A stretch of 43,692 nt of DNA, the filler included, from Catajapyx aquilonaris (taxonomy: Eukaryota), in NCBI GenBank assembly GCA_000934665.2. It is 2 parts of 2 records of this genome, joined end to end, with 100 filler letters (N's around TTAATTAATTAA, not from the genome) between each part and the next. Parts side by side here need not be neighbours in the genome. Positions count along the whole stretch, not along the records: positions 1 to 21,784 come from JYFJ02005976.1; 1 more part is not named here. The stretch is one strand, 5' to 3'. Positions 1 to 11,152 of the stretch are shown here, piece after piece. Under the pieces are notes generated by a model that searched no databases, was not told the DNA's origin, and saw only the letters and a program-made list of their open reading frames with translations. A program made the position numbers and the translations under genes. Position 1 is the stretch's first letter; each line of letters begins with the position of its first letter.

Positions 1-2022
1 TATATATAACAATAGCGATTTTTGCAAACAATGCTGTACATCATCAAAAGCTGCATTTTTTTTGAAAGGTCGAAGGTTATGTGGATGAACTACTTTTCTA
101 TGTGGTGATGTGCGCTAATAATTGCAAAGGTCGAAGAAAGGTTCGTTAGTTACTGTCTACAATGGTCGTCCAATATAGAGACCTTTGTGTCCAATTTTTT
201 GGGGGGAATAGGCTCGTTATCCTTTGGGTATAATGTCGTAACATTTTTTTGTGACCTGCAATTCGCGAACTGCCATTTTCAGATGAATTATTGGCGATTT
301 CTGTTTAAAAATTTGCGAATCACTGCACCATTCTGCAATAAATGCACTGTTTGTAGCGTATAATCATCCTTTCCGCTTTAAAGTTGTCTTACACAAAATT
401 CTGAACGAAATTCGCCAGATTGTGCTTTTATAATTATGTAGATGGTTATTTGAAAGGAGTTACTTGGGGATTGTTTGGCATTGAATATGTTTAAACTTTT
501 AAAAAATATCACCATGCATCATTCATGCAAACTATGGAGAAATATTCAATAAATTATGCACTACACATAATTCAAATATTCGTTCATATTTTGAGCTGAT
601 ACAAAGGAATTGTTTCAACTCAAAAGAGAACATTATCGATTACGTATTGCGAATTATTTTACGTAATTATAGATTTCCCAATTCCACTTTACAGAATCCG
701 TTTTTTATATATAAAAATCTGCATTCATGCAAACCATGACTAACACTGATAACTTATCTCGAGCATTTCAATAAATAAATTGAAACTAATTCAAATAATT
801 ATAATTTTCAATAAAATTCGATTAAATAAAAACTCGTGCACCTGCCATAATCACTTTTGTTGCTAATTAATGTAGCTTCGAGTACATTTTTGTCTGTGTA
901 TGGAAAGCTGGACAGTATAATATTATAGATAGTTTTAAAGAGAACACGCGGTCATTATTGGTTAAGAGTCTATAAAGTAATAACAGGTTACATGCCTCAT
1001 AAGGGATCGTCTTCTTTATTAACCTGATGCTTCTGTATGACTTCACTGCTGATTAATTTTGATTATAGGCGGATGATCTACGAGGGCTTTTCACATAAGA
1101 AACTCATCTTGTCAGTCTCATTCCCTATACAATATTTTTTTGTAGCATGTAGCCTCCCCACTTCTTCCCATAGTCTATATAGCCCTAACCAAGCTATATC
1201 ATCATAGGCCTCGCAAGCTACTATATCTACCTGAAAGGATGTGCTGCACTCAAGGGTGAGTGCAACGCCATTAAGGCCCAGCCTCGTGCGATATAAGCAA
1301 GCTAAAATAGCTTATTCCCCAGACATCAAATCCTGGCTTTTGCCCACGCTAATGGAACACCCTCCGCTTCACTCTGCCAAGCCCCCCGCGTCTATAGAAA
1401 AGACCAGGGCCGGAAAATATAGGCTTTTCTTCTCCATCTCAGGGGCCTATAGCTGCTGGGGGAAGGAGCCATAGCAAAAAAGGGGTATATAGCTCTTCTC
1501 TCCAGGAAAGGAGCCTTGATGTTGCTCCGTGGGTGGGTGGGTGGGGATAAGGCGAGAGGAGGAGGGGGGGGGGATATTTCCAGAGAGAGGTTGCTATGGA
1601 TACCCCTCCGGATGTCGATAGACGCTGACTATAGAGGCGCCGACGCAGAGACTATCTTGCTGGCACTCAGGAAAAGCAATTTACGTCTTGGACGCCAAAA
1701 TTCCTCTGCCCGGGTTATTCTCTCAAAAGAAAGACCGCTTCCACAGGGTGTCTCATCTGAGAGATGGCACACCCTGTACACGTGCATATTCCCCTGGAGA
1801 ATGGTGGTGCCCTCTAGGGGTCAGCGATCAGGGATGATTTATGAGCCTTGGATGGCGTCACCTTTTTCTCTCTCAGGATGACTATAGATAGCACATATCC
1901 AGTGAGGGATGCCGTCTGAAGATGAAGTGTCAAAAGAGGCTGATTGGGTTTCATGAAACTATACGACGTAAAATGATGTCCAAATATGTATACGAAGGTT
2001 AGGCTAGGTTAGATTAGATTAA

Positions 2023-2459
2023 GGCCCGATTTCTCGAACAGTTGTTCAAATGTAAAATCGGTTCACGTCCGGTTTAATTCCAGATTCAGATAGTTTAAAC
2101 CCATTCAGATTGTTTAATCCCAGTTCAGATTGTTTAATCGCAGTTCAGAGGGTTTAAACCCAGTTCAGAGGGTTTAATCCCAGTTCAGAGGGTTTAATCC
2201 CAGTTCAGATTGTTTAATCCCAGTTCAGAGGGTTTAAACCCAGTTCAGAGGGTTTAATCCCAGTTCAGAGGGTTTAAACCCAGTTCAGAGGGTTTAATCC
2301 CAGTTCAGATTGTTTAATCGCAGTTCAGATTGTTTAATCGCAGTTCAGAGGGTATAAACCCAGTTCAGAGGGTTTAATCCCAGTTCAGAGACTCTTAACT
2401 GGGTTTAAACCGGACTTGAACCGGGTTTACATTTGAACCACTCTTCGAGAAATCGGGGC
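2023..2459. mobile_element. PIF/Harbinger (Tourist-like) MITE
   Basis: ~60-bp imperfect TIRs (GGCCCGATTTCTCGAA... / ...TTCGAGAAATCGGGGC) flanked by TAA at 2020-2022 and 2460-2462 (3-bp TAA TSD). Confidence 0.85.
2082..2390 (+). repeat. 20-bp minisatellite inside the MITE (~15 copies)
   Basis: Unit CAGTTCAGA(G/T)(G/T)GTTTAA(A/T)C(C/G) is directly visible. Confidence 0.95.
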
Positions 2460-3666
2460 TAAGCAAGATTAGGTTAGGTTAGAAATCTTACTTTATAAAT
2501 TGAGTAAGATTAGGTAAGGTTAGGAAAGGTTAGGTTAGGTTAGGAAATGTTAGATTAGGTAAGGTTAGGTTAGAAATCTTACTTTAGATTGCGTAAGATT
2601 ATGTGAGGTTAGGAAAGGTTAGATTAGGTAAGGTTAGGAAATGTTAGATTAGGTAAGGTTAGGTTAGAAATCTTACTTTAGATTGCGTAAGATTATGCGA
2701 GGTTAGGAAAGGTTAGATTAGGTAAGGTTAGGAAATGTTAGATTAGGTAAGGTTAGGTTAGAAATCTGACTTTAGATTGCGCAAGATTATGTGAGGTTAG
2801 GAAAGGTTAGATTAGGTAAGGCAAATAAACCTCCACAGTTGGCTGCATTTTTCTATAGCCTCCACATGTTCCGTCAAGCGTGGGAATTCACACGCTCGGC
2901 ACTACTTTTGGGCTTAAGAAACTCACGGGAGTGATTGATTGAACTGGGTGACAGTGATGCTGCTGGACCAATGAGGAAGAAAGAAGAAACTGGAGGCGTC
3001 ACGCCACATGTCTCGCCTCCTCCTTTGGGGAATGAGGAAGATGCGCTGCGATATGAGTTTCTCTGTCTTCTGCAGCTTCCTTTTCCGCACCGAAGCTCAC
3101 ATGGGGACATGTGTGACCTCGGGAAGTGACATTTTCTCCCCCACAGTTATCATTTTTTTTCTCTCTCTTTCCTGTGCCATAAAAGGTGTGAGTTCAAAAT
3201 GGCGGTAGGTTATAGTCCGTGGGAGGTCTATAGGTGGTATAAACTGGGAGGAAAGGAGTCGCCTGGAAGTCGGGGGGGCACAGAGAGCCGGAAAGTGGGT
3301 CGATCGAAGTGCCCCCCAACGAGCAGCGGCTGCGCAGGTCAACCTAAAAGGCCACCTTTTCCGCCATAGCTCACGTCAAACATACACACACACACACATA
3401 TGTGCACACCCAGATGCATCTTCTTCCTCCCTAAAAGAATGCAACGTGTCTGTGGAGTAAAGAATGCCGGCTTTTTCCGGCGGAAGGTCACCTGCAGGTC
3501 AGGGGGTCATCGGGTTGTGAAGTGGGGGAGAGAAGATGGGCGGAAGCTATTCCTCTCTGGAGCACTGTCACTTTCCATTATTCCTATGGAGAGGGTCGCA
3601 GGTGAAGAGGGGGACGCAATTCATCAAACTGAATTTTCCGGTCCATGATCCTCGTGATCGTATATA

Positions 3667-3855
3667 CAGCGTCAAAAAAGTTTCGGACACTAGCACTCTA
3701 TCAAGGTGATGCTTTCACCCCCCAAAAAATGTTTCGGGAAAAAAAAAACCCATGCCAAATAAATAATGTTTTGAACAAATATTTATTTGGCATGTTTGTC
3801 CGAAACATTTTTCTATAGATAGAGTGCTAGTGTCCGAAACTTTTTAACGTCTCTG
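3667..3855. mobile_element. Tc1/mariner-type hairpin MITE
   Basis: TA flanks; arms share AAAAAGTTTCGGACACTAGCACTCTATC; interior also palindromic (CATGCCAAATAAATA / TATTTATTTGGCATG). Confidence 0.8.
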
Positions 3856-4330
3856 TACGATCATAAAGATCATGGGCCGAAATATATACTTCAACTTGTG
3901 GTTTCTCTCCTGAAAGGTGATGAACGTTCTCCTGGCTGGATCTCAGTTTGCGAAAATGAAGATGGGTGGAAAAGGAGTCTATTTGCACTGGATGATGTAG
4001 CCGAGATGATGGGTGACAAATGAGCGTCTCCCCCTTTCCTCCCCCCCCTTCATTTTTTTGAGAGAGAGAGAAAAAGAGCTGCGTTAAGAAAGGGAATAAA
4101 AGGGAAGATTCCAAGACATTTGCATCTTCTTCTCATTCCCCCTTTAAAGAAAGGAAGACCCTTCGGGGTTGGTTGCGCAATTGTCAAGGAGGTTTTATAT
4201 TAATCAGCGGGTTCTCCTCTCCCCCCTTTTTTTCTCCGGATTTGGCTCCATTGGCTGCCTAATCGGCCAGGAAACCGCAATCTGATGCGAATCCGGAATG
4301 GTTATTGGTCCCGGATTTTTTTGTTTTTTT

Positions 4331-4567
4331 TTAAAAAAAGCCCGTTTGTACACTGGAAAAAGAGGAGGGGGGACCGAAAGGGTTTTTTGTTGTTGCCTGA
4401 ATGAAAATGTGTGTTGGGGAGGGAGAGGATATCATCGTGGCATGTAATTCAAATGGATTTTTGCAAGCGATTTTGAACCAGCACCATTTCATCCGCAAAT
4501 GGTCGGGAATTTGGCTGTTATTAACCCCCTGATTGTTGCCATCAAGCACGTGATAATGACTCGGCAT
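4331..4567 (-). CDS. Candidate short ORF (78 aa), unknown product
   Basis: ATG start with TATAAAA (plus 4605-4611) ~40 nt upstream; no homology recognised. Confidence 0.2.
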   Translation of the reverse strand: MPSHYHVLDGNNQGVNNSQIPDHLRMKWCWFKIACKNPFELHATMISSPSPTHIFIQATTKNPFGPPSSFSSVQTGFF

Positions 4568-4645
4568 GCTCCGGATTATTTTATCCGGTTCAGAAAATTT
4601 TTAATTTTATACTGGTATGGCTAATCGGTTTTTAGTGGCTGAATC

Positions 4646-4792
4646 TTTGGCAACGCTGCTCGGCCCCACCCCTAACTTGGACGTAGTACGATAAGTCCCT
4701 GCCAGTTGGCGCATATCCTGCACACTAGTGCCGTGCTTAGGGAGAAAGTAGTACTACATGCACGTTGGTGATGAGCCTCCGCTCGGACAAAG
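4646..4792 (+). promoter_or_regulatory. Putative cis-regulatory module, copy A (inverted paralogue at 9921-10064)
   Basis: Five colinear blocks shared with the reverse complement of 9921-10064, including ACTTGGACGTAGTACG (16/16) and ACTAC(A/G)TGCACGTTGGTGATGAG (22/23); spacers do not align. Confidence 0.5.
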
Positions 4793-4909
4793 CCCACCAG
4801 TAGTACGTGTCTCGTTTACATTGAAGTGGGTCCTACCCACCCTCTCTGACCGATGCCCTCTAATTGTTACACGTGGAAAGTGAAAACTATGGCAGCTACT
4901 ATACCTATA

Positions 4910-5119
4910 CAGGCGCTCGAAGAAGACCGTAACTCAACATCCACTTTCCCTTGCGGCGAGAAAAAAAATGAGTGGTACCAAAAGCATCCAATAGGTGGAG
5001 TTTGGGTTCCTTTACCACTTCCTTCAACGCCACCTCTTGGATGCTTTCGGTAACACTTGCTTACTTTTCTCGCCGCAAGGGAAGTGGATTTTGAGTTACG
5101 GTTTTCTTTGAGCGGACCG
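4910..5119. mobile_element. Degenerate Tc1/mariner-pogo-like MITE
   Basis: ~55-bp imperfect TIRs (CGCTC.AAGAA.ACCGTAACTCAA.ATCCACTT..CCTTGCGGCGAGAAAA); TA on the left, CA on the right. Confidence 0.7.
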
Positions 5120-5449
5120 CAGATTAGTCAACACGAACATAAGCAGACGGAGAGAATAAGGGGATTAGGTAGTATGATGTGATATACGTGTGTATACCCA
5201 GCAGCAAGTCTGAAATTTTCTTGTTTAAAATTTGAATTAGTAAAGCGTGTCAATAGAGGCACTTTTCACATTGCTGATATGCCATATCTCCGTCGCTTTT
5301 GTGGGGAATCCCGCGCACATTTTTAAATTATAAAAACCGAACCCGCAAATATCACAAAACCAGCATATATTTTATTTCCATCGCCTTGCTCCCCGTATCG
5401 CACTTCTGGATGTTGGGTGGTGCGGGTATATATAGAGTGGGGAAACCAC

Positions 5450-5695
5450 ATGAAAAGAATAAAAATGGCCTCCGGGTATTCGTCTCTCCAGACGGGATAT
5501 TTGATATTCCGGATCCGCTCGGGACCAATTTGCGCCCTATTCTCCGCCGACGGCGTTATCGCTCCAGAATTGACTGCCGCACTCCCAGAGCCCGAGAGTA
5601 CTGCGCGGTTTCTCTTCTTCTTCGGTCTTTCCCCCTCCCCCCCTCAACCAAAACCACCCCAATCCGCATCCGCAACTTTACCACAATTCGACTGA
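5450..5695 (+). CDS. Candidate short ORF (76-81 aa), unknown product
   Basis: TATATATA at 5427-5434; ATGs at 5450 and 5465 (AAAATGG context); no homology recognised. Confidence 0.22.
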   Translation: MKRIKMASGYSSLQTGYLIFRIRSGPICALFSADGVIAPELTAALPEPESTARFLFFFGLSPSPPQPKPPQSASATLPQFD

Positions 5696-5726
5696 TTGTA
5701 ATGGACCACTCTCGGGAAAAGCGGTT

Positions 5727-5990
5727 TTAAATATTCGCGGTCCTAGTCAACCCCCCTGGTAACATCCAGTGTTTTTTTCGGCCCAGATTGGAGCTTAGCT
5801 CGTGATTGGTCAGCGGGTTGGTCCGAGCCAATCGGAGGTCACGGATCCAAAGTTTGTGGCTGAAAGTAACGGTTAGCGACGCCAACTCTGTGGGGCGTAA
5901 ATGAGGCGGGAAGCAAGGCGTGAGAAGCGATACAAATGGCGTCGACGGGCGAGGGAGAGCCCAACAAATATGAATTTGCACAATCTCCAT
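5727..5990 (-). CDS. Candidate short ORF (87 aa), convergent with 5450-5695
   Basis: AGGATGG start; TATA run at 6053-6062; stop 31 bp from the opposing stop; no homology recognised. Confidence 0.2.
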   Translation of the reverse strand: MEIVQIHICWALPRPSTPFVSLLTPCFPPHLRPTELASLTVTFSHKLWIRDLRLARTNPLTNHELSSNLGRKKHWMLPGGLTRTANI

Positions 5991-7575
5991 CCTGGCGTGA
6001 CAACTTGGCTAGGGGGGAGAGTATAGAAAAGGAGCAAATCTAGGAAGTGGTGTATATATATAGGGAGAGGATAATAGCCCAGGCAGGAATCTGAGGAAAT
6101 TGATATCTGGCCTATTCAAAAAGCAGCAGCGTGAGTTGCCTCACTTAAAAAGATGGCGGCTGTCACATAGTTTTCCCCGTCGGTACCTCCGTCCATTATG
6201 TTGGCAAGTCCCTCGCTCCATAACCCAATCAGGAGGGATCTATTGTTGGCCCGAGCTAATTGATCGGCGGGGATGGGCTTTAATCAAGGGGTGGGTTTGG
6301 AGAGTTGTGTCCCCCCCTCCCGGTGAGATAAATTGGTCCGGGGAATAATCGCAAAGGAGAGGATGAGATAGCGCCTTGCCCCTTTTGACCCCCCTCATAC
6401 GGCGGCCATGTTGGGGCTAGGAGAGGCTACCTTTTGTTGCCGATTGGGGCCTTCCGATGTGGCGTAATTTTGTGCGTCGAGCAGCAAGGACTAATTATCC
6501 AGATGCGTTATAAATCAAGCCGGCTAATGATGAGTCAGAGAGACAATCAGGTAATGTGCCAAGTGTCCACTTTTAAATAACGTATTAGTCCATATGTTAC
6601 GTCCGGGGACATTGCCATCAGGGCTTGGTACGGCCAATTTGAGGGGGCAGCCCCATGTGGGTGGCGGTGTCTGCCCCGGGGCTGGGTGGGAAAGTGAGAA
6701 GTGAGAATTTACATTTCAATCAGCTGAGAGGGAAAACCCATGGTTGGTGCAGGCCCTGGAGGGAAAGGAAGCTGCCTGGAGTCTCCAGAGGCCAGAAATC
6801 ACAGCCCCGGATTATTGCAAGTGCCAGCCTGGAAGCTGCCTCTGTTCCCGAGGGATAGACAGGAAAAGGGGGGGAAGGGAGATAGTGTGCATATACATTT
6901 TGTTGTTCGCTCCAGCAACCGACGGTGGCAGCTGCGAGGAAACTTTTTTAAAGAGGGGCTTAATGCTGAGCAGCAGCGTCGTGGTGGATTTGGGCAGGAC
7001 TTAACTCGATTAGTGGCGTCGTCTCATTCCTGTTGATGGCCAACAGGCGACTGTCTTCATCTGGCCATATTTCCTTCCTTCTCCTTCTCCTCCTCCTCCT
7101 CCTATATAGGACCACTCTCTCGCTCCTGCTTTCAGCCAAATTACCTGCTCGACAGCCAGGACTCAGCCCAAAAGACGCCCGCTCGACGTTATTATTTGGG
7201 CCAATTTCCGGGACCCAGCTTCCCGCATTACGGACTGTCAGAGGAAACTTTCCATTCGGAGGCTGCTGTTTGGCCAAAACCACATTTTGCGGAGACGTCT
7301 TACAAGACACCCAACTTAGGAGAAATGCAAATTTAGATGGGGGCATATACCCTGCCTGGACCACCTAAGGGTATAGGTAGAGTTAGACCAGGTCGTGTTA
7401 TGATGTATATATAACCATAACGTTTGTTGGGACGTATGTCACGACTATACCGGAACCCAATTCTGGAGTACTGAGAGCTCTGAAACTTGGCACACTGACA
7501 TCTTACGTGCCGCTGATTCCGGGAAAAGTCCGAAAACCTCACTTTTTCAGCCTAATTAAGGCTTTTTAAATGATG

Positions 7576-7833
7576 TTATGCTTCGATTCCTTCTTCTGCC
7601 GCTTCGGGAAATGTCGCTAGCAGTATATGCCTCTCGATTAATGTCCAACACCATGGTGTCTCATGTGCAGAAATTGTGGCAAATCACGTGCGAAGAACGG
7701 GTGTCCTTCTACAGTAATACATATGAGCACAGCTGTTGTTTCTTTCAACAGTTTGGCACAGTGTTCGACATTAATCGAGAGGCATACTGCTAGCGACATT
7801 TCCCGAAGCGGCAGAAGAAGGAATCGAAGATAA
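7576..7833. mobile_element. Foldback/MITE-like inverted repeat, family unassigned
   Basis: ~75-bp near-perfect arms (CTTCGATTCCTTCTTCTGCCGCTTCGGGAAATGTCGCTAGCAGTAT...); partial third copy at ~7859-7885. Confidence 0.7.
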
Positions 7834-8782
7834 GGATACTGCAAGCCGGGCGAGCAAGATGTCGCTAGCAGTATGTCCAACATTGTACTGGACCCAAATT
7901 TTGGCGATTTTTTTTTTGGAGCGAGCCAGTACCTATACATTTTGGAGTGTGGGGCGTGGCTTCCACCTAATTTTTCACTGGAGTCTCTGGCAGCAGGGGA
8001 AACGATGATAAGACTTTCCAGCTCCAAATCCCACATGGAGCTGGAGGGGTGGTGCTGCTGGAGTCGGGAGGGAAGAAAAAAGGCGCAAGAAAGTTTCCAA
8101 GGGTGGTTTGGGAGGGCTGAAAGAGTTGGGCGAAGATGATGTAGATTAGGGGGCAGAAGCGGGGAAAGGCCCATTAAGAGAGGCGATGTGCGCTTATGGT
8201 GCTTTTATGCAGATTGCTGCCTTTGGAAGCCTCCAGAGGGCCATGCTGGAGAAGGAGAAGAAGAGATAAAAATTGTGGCGGAGTTTGAGGCGTAAGTGAA
8301 ATGAGGATGGCTCCCGATGGGGGTAGTCGGCTGCTGGTAGAAGTAGAAGCAAAGTTCAAAAAAAAGTCCCTCCCCTTTTTAAAATGCATAGAAAAAAGGG
8401 AGAAGGGGGGAAGGCTACCCCTCCATTTCTCTCACCCTGCTATGAATAAAGTGAAACTTGTCGGCTGATTGTTCGGGTTGTGTCGCTTGTAATGAGGGGA
8501 GATTGGTCGCCAGCAGTGACAGATGTGACGAATGAGGGTCGGGGGACTTGGATTCAAACCAACCCCTCTCCCATCCCCTCCTCCTCCTCCTTGCTCTCTT
8601 ATTTACCACCGCGACACCACCAGCGGTTTGCCACCACCAGACCACCAGACAGGTTCAAATTAAAATCATGGTGGGAGTCATCCGTGGTGACAGAAAGAAG
8701 GGGAGATTAAAGCAAGGGGGATTGGTCGGAATGTGTTTTGTGGGGGGGGATACCAGTTGCAATTGTGATAATCCAGTGTGGT

Positions 8783-9238
8783 AAGTTGCTCCATGGTGAC
8801 AAAGTTACCCAAGTGTGGCAAGTTACCTCAGTAGGATAACTTAGCCCAGGGTGGCAAGTTGCTCCAGTGGAGCAAGTTACCTCAGTGGAGTAAGTTACTC
8901 CATGGTGGCAAGTTACGCCAGTGGGATAAGTTACACCTCAGGGGAGTAAGTTACTCCAGGGTGGCAAGTTACGCCAGTGGGATAAGATACACCTCAAGGG
9001 AGTAAGTTACTCCAGGGTGGCAAGTTGCCCCAGTGGAGCAAGTTACCTCAGTGGAGTAAGTTACTCCATGGTGGCAAGTTACGCCAGTGGGATAAGTTAT
9101 AACCTCAGGGGAGTAAGTTACGCCAAGGTGGCAAGTTACGCCAGTGGGATAATCCAAGGTGGTAACCAAGAGTGGCAAGTTACACTGGTGCTATATAAGT
9201 TACCTCAATGGAGTAAGTTTCTCCAGGGTGGCAAGTTA
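8783..9238 (+). repeat. 18-bp minisatellite (AAGTTAC core, ~24 copies) with triplet higher-order pattern
   Basis: Units such as AAGTTACTCCAGGGTGGC / AAGTTACGCCAGTGGGAT / AAGTTACCTCAGTGGAGT. Confidence 0.92.
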
Positions 9239-9920
9239 GGTCGGAGTAAAATCAAGGTGCCAACAGACTTCTGATTGAATCTGTTGGCATCCTGGTTTCC
9301 TCCTGCGATCCAATCGGAATGAGGCGTCCAGGCCTCGGCATCATCCGGGAGAAAACACACGTAGACAGGTCCAATTAGTGTCCCTGGATGCGGATGGAGG
9401 ACATTCTGTCTCCCCCCTCCCTGTATACTCCAAAAGCCTCTCTCATTACACAGCGGTTCGCGCTGATTACTCTTGTCTTTGGCAGGGTTTTGTTCTGGTG
9501 GTGGGGGATGCCATGGAGGAGGGTGAGAAAAGCGGGTTGACTGAGGTGCGACCGGGTCCGCATGATGGATGACTCTTCTCTCGCGTCCCAAACCCAGCAG
9601 ACCTTATATATGATCGCAGGGTTGCCAACACGACACAATATTACGCGTCCATCAGAAAATCCGGTGTTGACACGTCGACATCTCTCTTTTTGCGGGCCTT
9701 TTATCAGCAGCTGGCCAGGACCTGACTAAATTGAGTTTACGGACATGATTGGCAAATATTCTCCAGAGGGAGGGACCAGGGACTGCCCAAATTTCATTGC
9801 CGACCCTCGTACGTATATACACGTCATCGCTATTGGTAAACACTGCCACCACCTGCTCCAGCCGTTTCTTTGCTATAATTTAATTTCAATTAACATCGTA
9901 TGTGTAATTGGCTAGGAGTG

Positions 9921-10064
9921 ACTTGGTCCCCGGTGACTCATCACCAACGTGCACGTAGTTTCCTACTGACTGCGTGAAAGGGCAGTAGTGTGCAGAGAGG
10001 GAGCCTTGCGCCATCTGGTAGTGGCATACGTACTACGTCCAAGTGTGTGGGCAGTGTTGCCAAA
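9921..10064 (-). promoter_or_regulatory. Putative cis-regulatory module, copy B, with CTCF-like motif
   Basis: Inverted paralogue of 4646-4792; the minus strand reads CTACCAGATGGCGC (CTCF-core-like) and TGGCAACACTG. Confidence 0.5.
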
Positions 10065-11152
10065 TTTAGGCAACGGCTTCACTGCTAGCTTCATAGATTT
10101 ATAAGCTAGCTGTTTACGACTAGGTACACAATGGCCTGTTTTCCGTGAATTCAGCCCTTAGCAATTTGGCTGGAAATAGTCGACAATTGCACCATTTCTC
10201 TATGGAAAGAAAATACTGTTTGCCCCCTGCATTGTAAGCCCAATAACAACTTTGCAAGTGGTAATCAAACTACTTGTTCTCTTTCAGACGCAGTCGATTG
10301 GTAATCAGATGGCGTCGGGTCGGCTTAGAGAAGGTAAGTGTGTTTACCTTCTCAGTCCTTGTGTGTATGATAAACACTCTAGGGATGAATTATGTACGAT
10401 CGGAGGGGGGACCCAATTCCCATTTGACGCGTGTAAAAAGAGTCGGGAGGTGTCCTTTCTCCCTCCCCCCTTCCCAAATTCACACTAGATAAGGCCATTC
10501 TCCATTCAAAGTCCCATAAAAATGCAAATATTGCGCCAAGAGAGGTGCACCGCCCCATCATTGCCAAGCCTGGAAACACTCTGAGGGGGGTCAAATTGCA
10601 GGGCCCCCACCATAATTATCCAACCAGTCATAAAGCGGTTACAACAGCAAATTCTGGCTTGTAAGCTGCGTATTGTTGCTAAGGTCCGAAACCCCCACTC
10701 ATTGTTAGCACCAAGACTGGACCCCCTGCTTTTTTTGGTGTGTGTGTGTGAGAGAGAGAAAGAGGCTCCCCTATATATGGTATGACCTGAGCTGCAGAGA
10801 GAGAGAGCAGGGTTGGATGGGGGAGGGTTTTCCCAGCAGCAAATCCAGTCCGATAACAATTTGAAGCACCCGATTTGCATTCTAATGGGGGCCACACGGT
10901 GCCGGCGAGCGACATGCAAATTGCGGAGGGATTTGATTTCTTATCTCTGTCGGGGCGACACGGCGGGTCGGGGGGTTGAGGCGAGGGTGGCTTCCGACGC
11001 CCCGTGCCACACCAGCCCAACGCTGGGAATATCACACTGTTACTGGGGAGAGAAAATGGAGGGGGCCCCCCATCACAAACGGGTATAAAATGGGCCTGAG
11101 CTGGTCCAGAAAACGCTTCAAACGTGCCCATAAAGTCGGCCATATTGCTTAA

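Larger units (their letters stand above)
1996..2822 (+). repeat. Degenerate (TTAGG)n-derived array with a ~94-bp higher-order repeat, interrupted by a MITE
   Basis: AGGTTAGGTTAG/TTAGATTAGG tracts; the AGAAATCT anchor recurs at 2481, 2572, 2666 and 2760. TTAGG is the canonical arthropod telomere repeat. Confidence 0.85.

Noticed and set aside
8969..9274. Hexapeptide-repeat ORFs (GVTCH/GVTYS) as a beta-helix protein
   Set aside because: By-product of an 18-bp unit; frames are broken by indels and open on both strands.
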